Source: a virus
Virus record (IMG/VR): IMGVR_UViG_3300028591_000173
Location: 4,799-68,798 of that record
Direction: 5' to 3' (one strand)
Length of the DNA stretch: 64,000 bases
The position numbers were made by a program, and so were the translations under genes. Position 1 is the first letter of the stretch. Each line of letters opens with the position of its first letter. Under the pieces are notes generated by a model. The model ran no database searches. It was not told the DNA's origin and saw only the letters and a list, made by a program, of their open reading frames with translations. Positions 19,839 to 28,312 of this stretch are shown here, piece by piece.

Positions 19839-20278
19839 ATTTCGAGCCTAAATTCGTGACGGTCGACGACTTCAAGAACTACTGGGGCAAGGATCTCAGA
19901 TCCATGCTCAAAGACGAGGACAACCCGTCCAACGGGCCGTCCGCTTTCCTTGCGCGCACCGAGAGCGAGATGAAGCGCTACATCGACCACAACACGTTCA
20001 GGAGATTCAGATACGAGGATCTCCGCGGCGAGCAGCTCGACGCGTTCAGGGAGGCCATACTCCTTCAGGCGATGTACAAGATCAGGAACGGCGAGATAGG
20101 CATGGACAGCGGCTACGACACCGAGCATGGCATCGTGGCGAAGAGGTCCGAGCTCGTCGAGATCACCCTGTGCCAAGACGCGATAAACGTCCTGTCCAAC
20201 GCGGGCCTGTGGAACCTGGTCATGAAGAACCGCCCGAGGAAGTTCGGCGGCGGGTTCATACCGGGCGATTTCTCCTAA
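19835..20278 (+). CDS. hypothetical protein
   Basis: 147-aa ORF, SD aaggaggg. Confidence 0.55.
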   Translation: MNFEPKFVTVDDFKNYWGKDLRSMLKDEDNPSNGPSAFLARTESEMKRYIDHNTFRRFRYEDLRGEQLDAFREAILLQAMYKIRNGEIGMDSGYDTEHGIVAKRSELVEITLCQDAINVLSNAGLWNLVMKNRPRKFGGGFIPGDFS

Positions 20279-20298
20279 TGACGGAATAACGTGCTCAT

Positions 20299-20326
20299 AC
20301 CCGGTCGGATATGGCCGGGTTTTCTT
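20299..20326 (+). terminator. intrinsic terminator ACCCGG-loop-CCGGGT + TTTTCTT
   Basis: hairpin + T tract directly after the tail module. Confidence 0.5.
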
Positions 20327-20357
20327 ATCGGGAATTAAAACAAATTAAGATTTTTTC

Positions 20358-20387
20358 TTGACAAACATCAAATAAGTCAAATAAAAT
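20358..20387 (+). promoter_or_regulatory. sigma70-like promoter TTGACA-N18-TAAAAT
   Basis: hexamers 20358-20363 / 20382-20387 upstream of the HTH gene. Confidence 0.55.
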
Positions 20388-20413
20388 GGTGTGCGAAAGG
20401 AGAATATTCCAAA

Positions 20414-20665
20414 ATGTCAAATAATCTGGCTAAGTTCCGCGGGAAGCATGGCCTCACGCAGGAAAAGCTCGGGAAGAGGCTCGGCATCTCAAAGGCCGGC
20501 GTCAGCTACTACGAGAAGCACAGGCTCAGCCCTGAGCTCGCGGTGAAATGCGCCGACGTCCTCGGCGAGAACCCATTCGCCCTGCTCGGGACCGACGCCC
20601 TCGCGGCCATCCCAACCACCGAGGACGACAAGCAGATCCTCATCGAGATGATAGAGGGCTTATAG
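20414..20665 (+). CDS. XRE-family HTH transcriptional regulator (Cro/cI-like)
   Basis: HGLTQEKLGKRLGISKAGVSYYE helix-turn-helix. Confidence 0.7.
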   Translation: MSNNLAKFRGKHGLTQEKLGKRLGISKAGVSYYEKHRLSPELAVKCADVLGENPFALLGTDALAAIPTTEDDKQILIEMIEGL

Positions 20666-20666
20666 C

Positions 20667-21062
20667 ATGCTGACCAAAAAAGGGATAAACAAGCGCGTCG
20701 ACGACCTGAACACGGATGTGAAGAAGCTCACCGACCTCATCATCACCGACAGGGTCAAGAGGCTTGAGGAGACGGAAAGGCTCTACAACGAGCAGACCGC
20801 GCTCCTGTCGAACGTCAGGCTCAGGGTCAAAAGCGCCAGGATCGTCAAAGGCGACGACGGCGTGAGCAGGCTCGTCGTGACGTATCAGCTCCCAGTGGTC
20901 TCGGTCGCCCTCGACGAGAGCGGGAAACCGAGCGAGAAGGATCCGATGTTCTACTCGATCAACGCATTGGGCCTGGTCGGGCAGAGCGACTACGAAACCA
21001 TCTCAAGGGCTCTGGGCGACGCTGAGAAAGCGGCCATCGTCGATAACACAAATAAGAAATAG
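20667..21062 (+). CDS. hypothetical protein
   Basis: 131-aa ORF. Confidence 0.55.
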   Translation: MLTKKGINKRVDDLNTDVKKLTDLIITDRVKRLEETERLYNEQTALLSNVRLRVKSARIVKGDDGVSRLVVTYQLPVVSVALDESGKPSEKDPMFYSINALGLVGQSDYETISRALGDAEKAAIVDNTNKK

Positions 21063-21065
21063 TGT

Positions 21066-21094
21066 TTGATTTATATTATGAAAAACGCTATAAT
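21066..21094 (+). promoter_or_regulatory. sigma70-like promoter TTGATT-N17-TATAAT
   Basis: perfect -10 at 21089-21094. Confidence 0.6.
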
Positions 21095-21124
21095 CAAATC
21101 GTAAGTTGGAGGAAAGGAACACCG

Positions 21125-21319
21125 ATGTCTTTTGCAGAGAGACTGAAAAACTTACGGAAAGAACGCAATATGTCCATCAAGGAATTGTCGGACGTCTCGG
21201 GTCTTTCGGCTGTGCAGATAAGCAATTATGAGCATGGGCACAACGTGCCTAACGCCATAAACGCCAACCGCCTGGCCGCGGCCCTCGGATGCGCCTACGA
21301 CGAGCTGATGGGCCGTTAG
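21125..21319 (+). CDS. XRE-family HTH regulator (64 aa); start trimmed to ATG 21125
   Basis: SD ggaggaaagg; ERLKNLRKERNMSIKELSDVSGLSAVQISNYEHG. Confidence 0.65.
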   Translation: MSFAERLKNLRKERNMSIKELSDVSGLSAVQISNYEHGHNVPNAINANRLAAALGCAYDELMGR

Positions 21320-21332
21320 GAAGGAACGCAGC

Positions 21333-22163
21333 ATGGAACTGACCAACGAAAACTACCACAGCATCGAAGCCCGATCCGAGTACATGGGCTATTCCCAATT
21401 CAAGGATTTCCTCGACTGCGAGAAGAAAGGCCTGGCAAGGGTCAAAGGGGAGCTCGAGGACGAATCGTCCCCGGCATTGCTCTTCGGAAGCTATGTCGAC
21501 AACTACTTCAGCAAAGAGATCCCGATGGAGGAATTCAAGGCGAAGCATCAGGAGATGTTCAAGAAAGACGGCACATTCAAATCCGATTTCAAGAACATCG
21601 AGCCGGTGATAGCCGCGATAGAGGGCGACAAGCTCCTGTCGAAATACCTCGGAGGCGAGCACCAGGTCATCATGACCGGCACGATAGCGGGCGTGAAATT
21701 CAAGATCAAGATAGACGCCTATCACCGCGACAAGGCGATAGTCGACCAGAAGATCATGAAGGACATGTCAAGCGTGTGGGTCGAGGTGACCGACGAAGAC
21801 GGGGAGAAACGCAACGTCAGGATGGATTTCATCAAGGCGTGGCGATACGACCTCGAGGGCGCCATCTATCAGGAGATAGAGCGCCAGTGGAACGTAAAGC
21901 ATGGAGGGGAGGACAGAAAACTCCCGTTCATACTCGCCGTCACCACGAAAGAGGATGTGCCCGACAAGGCACTCATCAAAATCGACCAGGATATCCTGGA
22001 CGCGGCATTGGCGGAAGTCGTCGAGAAGGCCCCTAGGTTCGACGCGATAAAACGCGGCGAGATAGAGCCGAAAGGATGCGGCTCCTGCGATGTCTGCAGG
22101 AAGGGGAAGATGCTCACGGGCGTGTTCTCCTACAAAAAGCTATTCCATATGGAGGAGGACTGA
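21333..22163 (+). CDS. PD-(D/E)XK nuclease, Cas4/RecB-like exonuclease with C-terminal Cys cluster
   Basis: IDAYHRD ... VDQKIMK core; GCGSCDVC ... C cluster. Confidence 0.65.
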   Translation: MELTNENYHSIEARSEYMGYSQFKDFLDCEKKGLARVKGELEDESSPALLFGSYVDNYFSKEIPMEEFKAKHQEMFKKDGTFKSDFKNIEPVIAAIEGDKLLSKYLGGEHQVIMTGTIAGVKFKIKIDAYHRDKAIVDQKIMKDMSSVWVEVTDEDGEKRNVRMDFIKAWRYDLEGAIYQEIERQWNVKHGGEDRKLPFILAVTTKEDVPDKALIKIDQDILDAALAEVVEKAPRFDAIKRGEIEPKGCGSCDVCRKGKMLTGVFSYKKLFHMEED

Positions 22164-22165
22164 AA

Positions 22166-22648
22166 ATGGCAGAGCACAAACACTGGCGCAATTACACTGA
22201 CCTGACCTATCTCCGCGCCGAGCTCCTCAACCCTGGGGAGAAAAGGGTCCTGACGATCAAAGACGTCGTCATGGAAAAGGTCAAAGGAGAAGGAGGGGCG
22301 GAAGACACCAAACCCGTTCTCTATTTCTACGAAGACTCCCTCCCGATGTGCGTCAACAGCACCAACGGGAAGATCATAGAGTCGCTCTATGGGACGGGCA
22401 TGATGGACGAATGGGTCGGCAAGAAGATCCAGATCTTCGCCACCAAGACGAAAGTCGGCGGCGTCCCGACGCCATGCATCAGGGTCGAAAAGACCATCCC
22501 GACCGCGAACGAGCCGAAATACCTCTGCTCGGTCTGCAAGAAGGAGATCTCCAAAGACCTCTATGAGAAGAGCGTCAAACACTACGGCAAGGCATTCTGC
22601 AGCAAGGAGTGCCACGAAGCCGACGAGAACGGCGAGCAGGTCCTATAA
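22166..22648 (+). CDS. hypothetical protein with C-terminal C-x2-C-x20-C-x3-C (TRASH/MYM-like) zinc finger
   Basis: track ORF 22076 trimmed to ATG 22166 after stop 22163. Confidence 0.55.
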   Translation: MAEHKHWRNYTDLTYLRAELLNPGEKRVLTIKDVVMEKVKGEGGAEDTKPVLYFYEDSLPMCVNSTNGKIIESLYGTGMMDEWVGKKIQIFATKTKVGGVPTPCIRVEKTIPTANEPKYLCSVCKKEISKDLYEKSVKHYGKAFCSKECHEADENGEQVL

Positions 22649-22708
22649 GGCCTGAGCCGGTCTCCAAAAAAACAAAAAAAACGAAAGCCAACGGAGGAAA
22701 AAAAGAAA

Positions 22709-23251
22709 ATGGCAGAAGAAAACAACAGCGAAGTCGTCTTCGGACGAGACAAGAAATCGGAAGCGCCGCAGGAGGACTTCCCCCTTATCGACGAAGGGTC
22801 TTATGAGGTCGTTTTGGAAGACGTCGAGGAAAAGAAATCGGCTAAGGGCTACGAATACCTCAAGCTCAGATTCTGCATCCGAACCGATGTCGAGCAGAAC
22901 TTCAAAAACAGAAAGCTGTGGTACACCATCTTCAAGAGAGACGGCGACAAAGCCTACAACTTCAACGCGTTCAACGAGCTCATCCTGACTCAGGAAGGGA
23001 CCCCTAATTACAAGGATCACTTCGGACCTGAGAACATCAAGGAAGAGATCATTCAGTACGTCATCGGCCTTCATATGAGAGTCGATGTCGGCATCGAGCT
23101 CAACAAAGCGACGAGCAAGGACGACAACGTCATCGTGGCCGGCACGTTCGCACCGTCCATCTGGGATGCCAGCCATCCTAAGACGGCCGCCGCGGACCCA
23201 AATCCGAACACAGCGCCTATCGACGACGTTTCCGACGATCTCCCGTTCTAA
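22709..23251 (+). CDS. putative ssDNA-binding protein (DUF669-like) with SSB-type acidic C-terminal tail DDVSDDLPF
   Basis: 180-aa ORF; C-terminal D-rich ...PF tail. Confidence 0.55.
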   Translation: MAEENNSEVVFGRDKKSEAPQEDFPLIDEGSYEVVLEDVEEKKSAKGYEYLKLRFCIRTDVEQNFKNRKLWYTIFKRDGDKAYNFNAFNELILTQEGTPNYKDHFGPENIKEEIIQYVIGLHMRVDVGIELNKATSKDDNVIVAGTFAPSIWDASHPKTAAADPNPNTAPIDDVSDDLPF

Positions 23252-23259
23252 GCGATGCG

Positions 23260-23287
23260 GGGAGGCTTAGCCGCCTCCCTCTTATAT
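23260..23287 (+). terminator. hairpin GGGAGGC-TTAGCC-GCCTCCC + TCTTATAT (weak U tract)
   Basis: 7-bp GC stem right after the SSB stop. Confidence 0.4.
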
Positions 23288-23417
23288 GGAAGCGATCCGC
23301 CGCACTCCTTTTCACAAACGAATCATCCGACTTACGAGCGGCGGATGGCAGCCCAAAGCTGCGCGCTTCCTCCAACCAAAGACACGCGGTGCGGTTCAGG
23401 CCGCATCGCTTTTCTCT

Positions 23418-23494
23418 CGGGACGTAGCACAGCTTGGTAGTGCGCCTGGTTCGGGACCAGGAGGTCGTGGGTTCGAATCCCATCGTTCCGACCA
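23418..23494 (+). tRNA. tRNA-Pro(CGG): tRNA-Pro (anticodon CGG)
   Basis: hand-folded cloverleaf: C1-G72, D arm GCAC/GTGC, anticodon loop TTCGGGA, T loop TTCGAAT, A73, CCA. Confidence 0.75.
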
Positions 23495-23524
23495 ATTCGA
23501 ATATGCAAAAATAAAATGAAATGC

Positions 23525-23554
23525 TTGACTATTGATAACAAACAATGGTAAAGT
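23525..23554 (+). promoter_or_regulatory. promoter-like TTGACT-N18-TAAAGT inside the tRNA array
   Basis: hexamers 23525-23530 / 23549-23554. Confidence 0.35.
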
Positions 23555-23593
23555 GATCGTGCTGAGGGGAAATCCTCGGCGAAAACCTGTCAT

Positions 23594-23668
23594 CGCGGGG
23601 TGGAGCAGCGGTAGCTCACTAGGTTCATACCCTAGAGGCCGTGGGTCCGAGTCCCACCCCCGCAACCA
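23594..23668 (+). tRNA. tRNA-Met(CAT): tRNA-Met (anticodon CAT), initiator-like C1:A72 mismatch
   Basis: acceptor CGCGGGG/CCCCGCA, anticodon loop TTCATAC, T loop TCCGAGT, CCA. Confidence 0.7.
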
Positions 23669-23669
23669 T

Positions 23670-23743
23670 GCCGCAGTAGTATAGTGGCAGTACCTCTGCT
23701 TCCCAAGCAGATGGCGCGGGTCCGATTCCCGTCTGCGGCTCCA
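23670..23743 (+). tRNA. tRNA-Gly(CCC): tRNA-Gly (anticodon CCC)
   Basis: acceptor GCCGCAG/CTGCGGC, U73, anticodon loop TTCCCAA, CCA. Confidence 0.75.
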
Positions 23744-23763
23744 ACCGAAAACCAAAGAAACAC

Positions 23764-23839
23764 GCCCACTTAGCTCAGAGGATAGAGCGACGACCTCCTA
23801 AGTCGTAGGCCGAGGGTTCGAGTCCTTCAGCGGGCGCCA
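23764..23839 (+). tRNA. tRNA-Arg(CCT): tRNA-Arg (anticodon CCT)
   Basis: TAGCTCAG D region, anticodon loop CTCCTAA, T loop TTCGAGT, CCA; one A:C mismatch in acceptor. Confidence 0.7.
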
Positions 23840-24052
23840 AAAAAGAAACTCAAGCCGCCAAAACAAACCACCAATTCACCACCTAAGCGCAAGGTCTTTG
23901 TAAGAGTGGGCGGCGTGTAGGGGTTAGGGCTGTAAACTCCCTAACCCTCAACCTAAGGACATAAGGCGCCTATTATAAACGACCAGTTCCGGAAAATTTT
24001 CTTTCAAAACTGACGAAAGGGGAGGGGACAACCGGGGCGCCGCCATCATAAT

Positions 24053-24127
24053 TGGGGTATAGCCAAGCGGTAAGGCTCCGGACTCTGAATCCGGGATGCG
24101 CTGGTCCGATCCCAGCTACCCCAACCA
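24053..24127 (+). tRNA. tRNA-Gln(CTG): tRNA-Gln (anticodon CTG)
   Basis: U1-A72, 3-bp D stem as in bacterial tRNA-Gln, anticodon loop CTCTGAA, CCA. Confidence 0.75.
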
Positions 24128-24133
24128 TTTGAT

Positions 24134-24210
24134 GCCTGGGTAACCGAACTGGCATAGGTACTGGCCTCAGAAGCTAGGTTTTGCGGGTCCGAATCCCGCC
24201 CTGGGCACCA
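24134..24210 (+). tRNA. tRNA-Leu?(CAG): tRNA with anticodon CAG (Leu by anticodon) but type-I architecture (5-nt variable loop), A73
   Basis: acceptor GCCTGGG/CCTGGGC (two G:U), anticodon stem CTGGC/GCTAG, loop CTCAGAA, T arm GCGGG-TCCGAAT-CCCGC, CCA. Confidence 0.55.
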
Positions 24211-24256
24211 TCAAAAGGTTGTAATCGGCCCCGTCGGGCCATTATGATAGATATGC

Positions 24257-24332
24257 GCCTGATTAGCTCAGCGGTCAGAGCAGCCGCCTCGTAAGCGGCA
24301 GGTCGGAGGTTTGATTCCTTCATCAGGCACCA
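24257..24332 (+). tRNA. tRNA-Thr(CGT): tRNA-Thr (anticodon CGT)
   Basis: acceptor GCCTGAT/ATCAGGC, TAGCTCAG, anticodon loop CTCGTAA, CCA. Confidence 0.75.
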
Positions 24333-24340
24333 CACAGGAT

Positions 24341-24414
24341 GGGGGCGTAGTTAAGCGGGATAATATCGGTTCCGCAGACCGAAGCCAGGGGTTCGACCCC
24401 CCTCGCCTCCACCA
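24341..24414 (+). tRNA. tRNA-Ala(CGC): tRNA-Ala (anticodon CGC) with G3:U70; unusual C33
   Basis: acceptor GGGGGCG/CGCCTCC, anticodon stem TCGGT/ACCGA, loop TCCGCAG, CCA. Confidence 0.55.
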
Positions 24415-24449
24415 ACACAGAACACATCCTACATCAAAGGAAAGAACGC

Positions 24450-26984
24450 ATGGCAACAATTCAAGAACTGGAAAAAAGGTATGAATCCATACCTCTTGAG
24501 ATCAAGAAGACCCGCAGATGGGTTGGCTACAGAGTCGAGGAAAGAGGCGGAAAGCAGACGAAAGTCCCTTATGACGCGATCTTCGGCAAATGGGCGAAAA
24601 GCAATGACCCGTCCACATGGACGACATTCAGCCTAGCCATCTCAGGCGCGGTGAAATACGGATTCGACGGCATCGGGTTCATGCTCGGCAAAGACACCGA
24701 GACCGACACCCATTACCTCGGGATAGACCTGGACAACCACGACGAGCCCGATTTCCAGGAGATCGCGAAGGATTTCATCGATACCCTCAACTCATATACC
24801 GAATATTCCCACAGCGGGAAAGGCATACATATCATATGCAAAGGCAAGAAGCCCGTCGGAAGATGCCGCAAAGCGAACATCGAGATGTACGACAACGGGC
24901 GCTTTTTCACCATGACCGGGAAAGTCATAAAGAACCTCCCAATAGCGCAAAGGGACCAAGAGGTCTACTCGCTATGGGAGAAATACATAGAGGACAAAGA
25001 CCATCCGCTCGAGCTCAACAACGCGTTCGCGGACGATGGAGTCGTGGTCTTCGGCAAGAGCTACAGGGCGGTCACGATAGAGAAGGACCCTCTCTCGGCG
25101 AACATGAGCGACCATGACCTCATGGACAAGATCCGCAACAGCCGATATGGGCAGGAATTCAACGCTTTGTACAACGGCGACATGAGCGCCTACGGCAACG
25201 ACCACAGCAAAGCGGATTTCGCCCTGTGCAAGATCCTCGCGTTCTGGACGGGATGTGACAGGGTTCAGATGGACAGGATATTCAGAGGAAGCGCGCTCAT
25301 CCGCGAGAAATGGGACCAAAAGAGGAGTGAGACCAACAGGAACGGCGTCACCCTCAGCGCGGGCACATTCGGGAGCCAGACCATAGAATACGCCATAGCC
25401 ACCCAGAAGGACGTGTACAGGCCCGTCAAGGAAAGGAACGTCGTCGTGGAGAACACGGGGGCGACCCTCGAGCCGACCACCGACGTGGTGGAGTTCGACG
25501 ACAAGATGGACCCGATCATCCCCGTCAAGAAGATATTCAAGACATACCCGCTCAACGACACAGGCAACGCGGAGAGATTCTACGACTATTTCGGCGAGTG
25601 GTTCAAATTCAACAAGGAAAGCAACGGGTTCATGTTCTGGAACGGGAAGACCTGGACCAAGGACATGAAAGGCTGTGTGAGGAAATACGCGAACAAGCTC
25701 ATAGACATACTCAAAGACGAGGTGAAGAGCACCGAGGAGAGAATAGAGAAGGAGAATGATCCGGACGAGGCCGACACGCTCAAATCCGTCCTCAAGGCGC
25801 AATTAGACAATGTAAAAAGAGTGTCGAATAAAGCCGGCAAGGACGCGATGCTGAGCGAGTTGCACGACCTCCACGACCTGCCTGTCGTGAACAGCGAATT
25901 CGACACGCAGGACTACCTCCTCAACACCGACAGCGGGGTATTCGACCTGCGTGACGGCACGAGGCTTCCGTTCGACAAGAAGCTCATGCTCTCCAAGAAC
26001 ACGAACTGCAAAGTGGATTTCGATACCCCGACTGTGTGGCTCAAGTTCCTCCGCGACATATTCAAGCGCCCCGATTCCAAAGAGACCGAGGAGCTCATCG
26101 AGACCATTCAGATGGCTTTGGGCGAATCGCTTACGGGAAGGACCAACAAAGAGCACCTTTACATCCTCTATGGGAACGGCAGCAACGGAAAATCCACATT
26201 CATCAAGGTCGTCAACGACGTGTTCGGCGATTACGGCACGTCGGTCAACAGCGACCTGCTCGTCCAGAGCAACAGCTCAAGCCAGGCCAACGAATTCTCA
26301 TTGTCGGCCCTGCTTGGGGCGAGAATGGTGTCCACGAGCGAGACCGCCGAGGGCAAGAAGCTCGACGAGGTCATCATCAAGAAGATGCTCGGCGGCGAGA
26401 AGATAAACGCCCAGTTCAAATACGGGCAGCCATTCTCGTTCATGCCATCGTTCAGCCCTTGGATGTCGACCAACAACAAGCCTATCATCCGCGCGACGGA
26501 TTTCGGCACGTGGCGAAGGATCTTCTTCGTCCCGTTCCTCAATACCTTCACGGAGCAGACGAAAGACGTGGAGATGCCTAAGAAACTCGCCGCCGAGGCG
26601 CCTAAGATCCTCGGCTGGATGATAAAGGGCGCGATGCGCCTCCACAACGAATTCAAGGACAAACTCCCGAAGCCGAAATGCCTCGAGGAGGCTCTCAGCG
26701 ACTACAAGAAGGAACTGGACGTCATCGTCGCGTTCCTCAACGACCGCTGCATCCGATTCCCGACGATGTCCATATCGGCATCCGTCCTCTATCAGGAATA
26801 CAAGGAATGGGCCAAGAACAACAACGAATACCTGTTCAGCGAGAGCAGATTCAAGCAGGAGATACCTAAGAAAGGCTACAAACTCCACAAAGACATCAAC
26901 AAAGGCTGGGTGTACGTAGGCCTCAAGCTCGCGAAAGACGAGCGAGGGGTCATATTCGGAAGGAACAGCGAACCTCTATGCTAA
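24450..26984 (+). CDS. DNA primase-helicase: N-terminal prim-pol domain + D5-like SF3 helicase (Walker A GNGSNGKST)
   Basis: 844-aa ORF; prim-pol motifs DLD / SGKGIH; P-loop and Walker B. Confidence 0.8.
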   Translation: MATIQELEKRYESIPLEIKKTRRWVGYRVEERGGKQTKVPYDAIFGKWAKSNDPSTWTTFSLAISGAVKYGFDGIGFMLGKDTETDTHYLGIDLDNHDEPDFQEIAKDFIDTLNSYTEYSHSGKGIHIICKGKKPVGRCRKANIEMYDNGRFFTMTGKVIKNLPIAQRDQEVYSLWEKYIEDKDHPLELNNAFADDGVVVFGKSYRAVTIEKDPLSANMSDHDLMDKIRNSRYGQEFNALYNGDMSAYGNDHSKADFALCKILAFWTGCDRVQMDRIFRGSALIREKWDQKRSETNRNGVTLSAGTFGSQTIEYAIATQKDVYRPVKERNVVVENTGATLEPTTDVVEFDDKMDPIIPVKKIFKTYPLNDTGNAERFYDYFGEWFKFNKESNGFMFWNGKTWTKDMKGCVRKYANKLIDILKDEVKSTEERIEKENDPDEADTLKSVLKAQLDNVKRVSNKAGKDAMLSELHDLHDLPVVNSEFDTQDYLLNTDSGVFDLRDGTRLPFDKKLMLSKNTNCKVDFDTPTVWLKFLRDIFKRPDSKETEELIETIQMALGESLTGRTNKEHLYILYGNGSNGKSTFIKVVNDVFGDYGTSVNSDLLVQSNSSSQANEFSLSALLGARMVSTSETAEGKKLDEVIIKKMLGGEKINAQFKYGQPFSFMPSFSPWMSTNNKPIIRATDFGTWRRIFFVPFLNTFTEQTKDVEMPKKLAAEAPKILGWMIKGAMRLHNEFKDKLPKPKCLEEALSDYKKELDVIVAFLNDRCIRFPTMSISASVLYQEYKEWAKNNNEYLFSESRFKQEIPKKGYKLHKDINKGWVYVGLKLAKDERGVIFGRNSEPLC

Positions 26985-28300
26985 GGGACTATCAGCAGGA
27001 TATGTACGACAGGATAAGGGAATCGCTCAAGACGCACCAAGGCGTCTGCGCGGTCCTTCCCTGCCGAGCCGGCAAGACCTACATAATGGACGAGATATGC
27101 GAAAGCGCCCACAGAAAGGGCAAAAGCGTGCTCGTCATGGCCCACAGGAGGCTTCTCCTCGCCCAGCATGCCAAGATCATAGCCAACGCCCGCCTCGAGA
27201 GCGTGTTCACCGAGGTGAACCATCTCGGCGAGAACGGCCCGGTCGACCTGATCATAATCGATGAGGGCCACATCAGCGGGGCCGATTCGTACAGAAAGGT
27301 GTGCGATTTCTACGGGTGCAAGCGCATCCTGTTCACCGCCACCGCGAAACGCCTGGACAACAAGCCCCTGTCGCTCGCCGACGAGATACTCAACGGCATA
27401 AGCGCGGACGAGCTGATCGAGCGCGGCCTCATATCGAGATACGAGCTCTACGCCCCGAAGCTCGACATAGACCTCAAGAAGGTCAGCATGAGCGGGGCGG
27501 ACTTCAACAACGAGCAGCTTGGCGAGGTCATGCTCGACAGGAAGATCTACGGCGACATCATAAAGTACTACCGCGAATTGGCGGACGGCAAGCAGGCCAT
27601 AGCCTACTGCACCAACGTCAAGCACAGCCAGTCGATATGCCAGCTCTTCAACGACAACGGGATACCCGCGATCCACATCGACGCAAGCACCCCCGAGAAG
27701 AAGCGTGAGGAGGCGATGGCCGAGTACAAAGCTGGCAAGTACGCCGTCCTCTGCAACTGCAACCTCATCAGCGAGGGGATAACCCTCCCTGAGTGCGAGT
27801 GCTGCATGCTCCTCAGGCCGACGCAGTCCGAGACGCTCTACATCCAGCAGGCCTGCAGATGCCTCACCCCGGCTCCCGACAAAACGGCCATCATAATCGA
27901 TTTCGTGGGGAACTGCTACGCGCATGGCACCCCGACCGAGAAGAGGGTCTACACGCTCGATCCGAGCGCCCAGAGGGTCAAGAACCCGAGCAGGGAGCCC
28001 GAGGTCGTCGTGAGGGAATGCTCGAACTGCCTCAGGGTATACAAAGGCAACGGCCCGATATGCCCATACTGCGGATTCGACAACAAGAAGACGAAGAGGC
28101 AGATCGAGGAGGACAAGAAAGCCGAGCTTGAGAGGATCGAGGAGCTCGAGAGGAAGAACAAGAAGAAAGAGCAGGGGATGGCCAAAACCTACGAGGAATT
28201 GGTCGAACTGGCCAAGAAAAGAGGCTATAAGAACCCCCGCGGATGGGCGTGGTACGCCTGGAACGGGAGGAAAACCGTCACCTTCGGGAAGAAAAAATAA
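26978..28300 (+). CDS. SF2 DEAD/DEAH-box helicase with C-terminal zinc ribbon
   Basis: motif I LPCRAGKT, motif II IIIDEGH, motif III TAT; CxxC...CxxC. Confidence 0.75.
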   Translation: MLRDYQQDMYDRIRESLKTHQGVCAVLPCRAGKTYIMDEICESAHRKGKSVLVMAHRRLLLAQHAKIIANARLESVFTEVNHLGENGPVDLIIIDEGHISGADSYRKVCDFYGCKRILFTATAKRLDNKPLSLADEILNGISADELIERGLISRYELYAPKLDIDLKKVSMSGADFNNEQLGEVMLDRKIYGDIIKYYRELADGKQAIAYCTNVKHSQSICQLFNDNGIPAIHIDASTPEKKREEAMAEYKAGKYAVLCNCNLISEGITLPECECCMLLRPTQSETLYIQQACRCLTPAPDKTAIIIDFVGNCYAHGTPTEKRVYTLDPSAQRVKNPSREPEVVVRECSNCLRVYKGNGPICPYCGFDNKKTKRQIEEDKKAELERIEELERKNKKKEQGMAKTYEELVELAKKRGYKNPRGWAWYAWNGRKTVTFGKKK

Positions 28301-28312
28301 GGAGAACCTGAA

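Noticed and set aside
23290-23417. Possible extra tRNA or ncRNA upstream of tRNA-Pro (hairpin ATCCGCCGC...GCGGCGGAT)
   Set aside because: No acceptor, T-loop or anticodon arm arrangement could be folded. Left as unannotated structured leader.
23217-24459. Track ORFs spanning the tRNA cluster (23217..23495 -, 23396..23755 -, 23286..23519 +, 24268..24459 - etc.)
   Set aside because: They overlap clean tRNA cloverleaves, so they are not protein coding.
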